A program made the translations under genes and the position numbers. The notes below the pieces were generated by a model that saw only the letters and a program-made list of their open reading frames with translations, ran no database searches and had not been told where the DNA came from. 64,000 nucleotides of DNA from positions 32,001 through 96,000 of the forward strand of contig CBDCCZ010000061.1 in NCBI GenBank assembly GCA_965215005.1, in the 5' to 3' direction. The DNA comes from Kofleriaceae bacterium (lineage in GTDB: Bacteria > Myxococcota_A > Polyangia > Haliangiales > Haliangiaceae). Position 1 is the first letter of the stretch, and the number at the start of each line of letters is the position of its first letter. This document shows positions 60,929 to 64,000 of the stretch, in pieces.

Positions 60929-61516
60929 ATGCCGAGCAACAAGGAGCTCGCAATCGTGTCCAATCCTCTCGACGACCGACGTCATGCGCTGGAAGACGAA
61001 TTCTTTCACCGCCAAGACCAAAAGAAGCTAGAGACCCTGCGGGATAACCTCGCCAAGCTCAGCAGCAAGCAAGAGCTGGCGGAGGCCTCGGGCATGAAAG
61101 ACGATGCGGTGCTCGACCGGCTGCTCGAGCTCGGGCTATCCGCGCAAACCTTAGCCGCGCTGTCGCTGGTGCCGCTCATCGAGGTGGCGTGGGCCGACGA
61201 CAAAGTGCAGAGCAACGAGCGCGACGCGATCTTGCAAGCCGCCGGCGGCAAGAAGATCGAGCCTGGCTCGCCAGCGCATGAGCTGCTGCAGACGTGGCTG
61301 CTCGTCAAACCACCCGCGAGTCTGTTCCAAGCATGGACCTCCTACGTCGCGACCCTGCGCCAGGAGCTGACCGCAGAGCAGAGCAAGATCTTGCGCAATC
61401 AAGTGGTTGGGTTTGCTCGCATGGTCGCCGAATCTGCCGGCGGGTTGCTCGGCTTTGGCAAGGTCTCAGACGCCGAAGAACAGGTCCTGGCGCGAGTCGA
61501 CGCAGCGTTTCAGTGA
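60929..61516 (+). CDS. TerB-like protein
   Basis: VAWAD..V...E and GKVSDAEEQVL TerB-like motifs; alternative GTG start at 60956 after AAGGAG. Confidence 0.7.
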   Translation: MPSNKELAIVSNPLDDRRHALEDEFFHRQDQKKLETLRDNLAKLSSKQELAEASGMKDDAVLDRLLELGLSAQTLAALSLVPLIEVAWADDKVQSNERDAILQAAGGKKIEPGSPAHELLQTWLLVKPPASLFQAWTSYVATLRQELTAEQSKILRNQVVGFARMVAESAGGLLGFGKVSDAEEQVLARVDAAFQ

Positions 61517-61610
61517 CGCGGCGCCGCGCGGGCCGACGCGGCTTTCGCCCACCGCCCAAGGCTTGGCCCGCTGCTCGAGCCGCTTTTAGCGTCTCCCTTC
61601 GCTGCTCACC

Positions 61611-63407
61611 ATGCCCATCCTCAAGCACCGCCCGCGCCTCCGCCTGTACCTGGCGCCCCTCCTCCGCCCGGGCGACGAAGTCACCTTCACCGTCGAGCTC
61701 CTCGCGCAGCACCGCGTCGAGCTCCGCGCCGTCACCGCGACCTTTCTCGGCGTCGAAACGGCCGCCCTAGGAGCGGGGCAATATCGCGTCACGCGGCGCT
61801 GGACCATCTGTCGGCTCAGTGCGCAGCTCACCGGCCACACCATCGTCACGCCGGGAACCACGCGGCTGACCGCGCGCGTCCGCCTGCCGAGCGAGCTGCC
61901 GCCGACCTACAGCGGTCGCAACGCCAAGGTCGAGTATGTGGTCATCGTCAAAGCGGCGCTGCCCTGGTGGATCGATCGCCGGATGCGCTTCGAGGCCGTC
62001 GTCGGGCTCGGTCCCGAGGCCAACGAGCTGCGCGGCGACCCGGTGGTGTTTTCGTCGGCCCCCGAGGGTCCCGTGGCCCGTGAGCCACATCTCGAGGGCA
62101 GCCTGGCCTCCAACGTCATCGCCGATGGCGGCATCCTCACCGGCGCGGTGGCGCTCGGCAACGTCGCCTTCAACCGCTACACCGGCGTTCGACTGGCAGT
62201 CCGCGCACAAGAAATCGTGCAGCTTTCGCCGCGCCAGCGCGAGGAACGCGAGCTGCGTCGTTATGAAGGCCAGGTCGTCGTGCGCGAGCCGACCGAAGGC
62301 GGCGAATACCCGTTTCGCCTGCGGCTGCCGCCAGGCCTGCCGCCGTCGGCGCGCTCGACGCTATGGCGACTGTCGTGGGAGCTCGAGGTGCGCGCGAAAA
62401 TTCGCTGGAGCTCGGATCTCGTGTTGCGCGTGCCGCTGATCCTCGTAGCCACCAGCGGCACCACCAAAGAGCACCGCGCCCCACCCGCTATCGGCTCCGA
62501 GCGAGTGCAGCGAATTTGGCGCCAGATCGCCGACGAGCATCAACTTCGCTTCGATGGCGCCATATTGCGCGGCGAGCCGCAAGGCATCCACGTGGCCATC
62601 GCACGCGAGCACCGCGGACGCGCCGGGCTCTATCTGGTGGCAACCCTGCACTACCCCTCGCTCGGACTCGAGCTCGCCATCGAGCCGGTATCGCTGCGGC
62701 ATCTCGGCACCCGCGACGCCACCCTCGGCGACGCTGGCTGGGATCGCCGGCACGTCGTTCACTGTCGCGAGCACGCGCAGCTCGCCCCGCTGGCCGCGTT
62801 GGCGTTGCCGAGCTTGGCGTCGTGCCGGCACGTGCGCATGAACGATACCCACGCGCAGCTCGCCACGCGCAGCGCCGGCGCCAGCCGCCGCGCGTTGTCC
62901 CGCTTCACCCGCGACGTGCTCGGGCTCGCCGGCGCCCTGGCAGCGATACCCGCACACATTCCGCCGCCGCGTGAGCTTGCCGCGGGTCTGGTGCATTGGC
63001 GCGCGCTCGCCGCTGAGCTCGGCGGGCAGCTCCACACCGCGATGATGCGTATCGACGGCGAGCTCGGCGGCTGCCGCTGGGTCATCCGCACCGACTGGAC
63101 CACCGACGGCAAGCCGCTGCGGACCTGCATCGAGGTCACTGCCAGCGCCGCCATACCGCCAGCCGAGCAGCTCGAGGCCCGCGGCCTGGCCCTCGCCGCC
63201 TTGCTCGAGCAGGCCGAATTTTCGGCCACCGCGCGGCCACTCATCGCGCGCGTCTGCGCCGGCGCCGAGGGCCTCTTCATCGACCGCGACCGACTGATCG
63301 TCGAGCTGCCCGCGCCACTCTTGGACCCGCGTCCGCTCGCCGGCCGGCTGCGCACGTTGAGTGAGCTCGGTCGGGCGCTTTCGAGTCGCGACGGACCCTA
63401 TAGATAG
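61611..63407 (+). CDS. Protein with tandem arrestin/SpoOM-like beta-sandwich domains
   Basis: Two repeats: RLPSELPPTYSG....VEY and YPFRLRLPPGLPPS......SW.LEVRA. Confidence 0.65.
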   Translation: MPILKHRPRLRLYLAPLLRPGDEVTFTVELLAQHRVELRAVTATFLGVETAALGAGQYRVTRRWTICRLSAQLTGHTIVTPGTTRLTARVRLPSELPPTYSGRNAKVEYVVIVKAALPWWIDRRMRFEAVVGLGPEANELRGDPVVFSSAPEGPVAREPHLEGSLASNVIADGGILTGAVALGNVAFNRYTGVRLAVRAQEIVQLSPRQREERELRRYEGQVVVREPTEGGEYPFRLRLPPGLPPSARSTLWRLSWELEVRAKIRWSSDLVLRVPLILVATSGTTKEHRAPPAIGSERVQRIWRQIADEHQLRFDGAILRGEPQGIHVAIAREHRGRAGLYLVATLHYPSLGLELAIEPVSLRHLGTRDATLGDAGWDRRHVVHCREHAQLAPLAALALPSLASCRHVRMNDTHAQLATRSAGASRRALSRFTRDVLGLAGALAAIPAHIPPPRELAAGLVHWRALAAELGGQLHTAMMRIDGELGGCRWVIRTDWTTDGKPLRTCIEVTASAAIPPAEQLEARGLALAALLEQAEFSATARPLIARVCAGAEGLFIDRDRLIVELPAPLLDPRPLAGRLRTLSELGRALSSRDGPYR

Positions 63408-63552
63408 TGCAGCAATAGGAACAGAAGCCCTGGGGGCATTCGCGCCGGAGGGGGGACGACATCCACCAGAGGCCAATGTAGGACCCGCCGCTCGGTGCGG
63501 CGCGGGGTCGCGCTCGCCGCCCACGTCGCGGGACTACGAAAACCATCGCCGC

Positions 63553-63569
63553 TTGGCGCGGCAGCTGCA
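63553..63569 (+). promoter_or_regulatory. Possible sigma-54 promoter
   Basis: TTGGCGCGGCAGCTGCA with GG-N10-GC spacing just upstream of the ATG at 63584. Confidence 0.45.
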
Positions 63570-63583
63570 CTACCGGCGGCGTC

Positions 63584-64000
63584 ATGCCCGCTTACGCAGC
63601 ATCCGATCCGTACCCCGAGCCTGGGGCTGCCGCTGAACGTCGCACCGCCGAGCGGATCCTTCTCGACTTGCCGGTAACGATGAGCTTCAACGCCGGCGGC
63701 GTCCGCTGGACCGAAACCGACGCGGCGCTCGTGGACGTCTCGCCAAGCGGCATGTTCATCCGCTGCGACCGCCAACCAGGGGACGACAATCGCATTCTCA
63801 TTGGCCTGTTGCACCCCCGCTTCGGCCTCTGCGCTGCGGCTGGAAAACTGGCTCGATGCGACGGTTGGGGCGGCTTTGGGGTTCAGTTCGAGCGCTGCAA
63901 CGACGCGCTGCTGCGATTGGTCGACGAGCTCGGGCGGCTGGCGCCTGGGCAACGAAGCTCGGCCACCGCCGGACACCTCGAAGCGCGGGTCTGGATCGAG
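63584..64000 (+). CDS. PilZ-domain protein, 3'-truncated by the window edge and absent from the ORF track
   Basis: Manual translation MPAYAASDPYPEPGAAAERRTAERILLDLPV...VDVSPSGMFI...GFGVQF shows the RxxxR and DxSxxG motifs. Confidence 0.85.
   Translation, partial: MPAYAASDPYPEPGAAAERRTAERILLDLPVTMSFNAGGVRWTETDAALVDVSPSGMFIRCDRQPGDDNRILIGLLHPRFGLCAAAGKLARCDGWGGFGVQFERCNDALLRLVDELGRLAPGQRSSATAGHLEARVWIE

Overview
A gene-dense, high-GC chromosomal segment from a probable Myxococcota bacterium. The assignment is inferred from three Hanks-type kinases, three PilZ proteins, two sigma-54 enhancer-binding proteins, tandem PEGA proteins and a tandem-FHA protein. Housekeeping content includes a nucleoside salvage operon (deoC, thymidine phosphorylase, PNP, deaminase), xdhC/mocA, rnhA, yacG, gltB-gltD and corA. 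I found no tRNA, rRNA, CRISPR array, integrase or transposase. The most notable items are: (1) a ~180-nt fully nested rod-like hairpin at 29090-29268, a candidate 6S-like ncRNA; (2) three correctly spaced sigma-54 promoters in front of small, easily missed genes (an excisionase-like HTH protein with a coupled partner ORF, an 88-aa protein that is ~53% Asp/Glu, and a PilZ protein missing from the ORF track); (3) a 26-27-bp palindromic tandem array apparently derived from a gene's 3' end; (4) several unusual signalling or envelope modules (REC-PilZ-STAS-Zn ribbon, kinase-TerB-arrestin-like, SpoIVB/S55 plus beta-propeller, GT2/deacetylase/ArnT-like). About 16 apparent frameshifts, 12 of them within 47.0-49.6 kb, are each repaired by deleting one duplicated base, which points to long-read sequencing error rather than true pseudogenes. 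All calls come from manual motif reading; no database searches were run.
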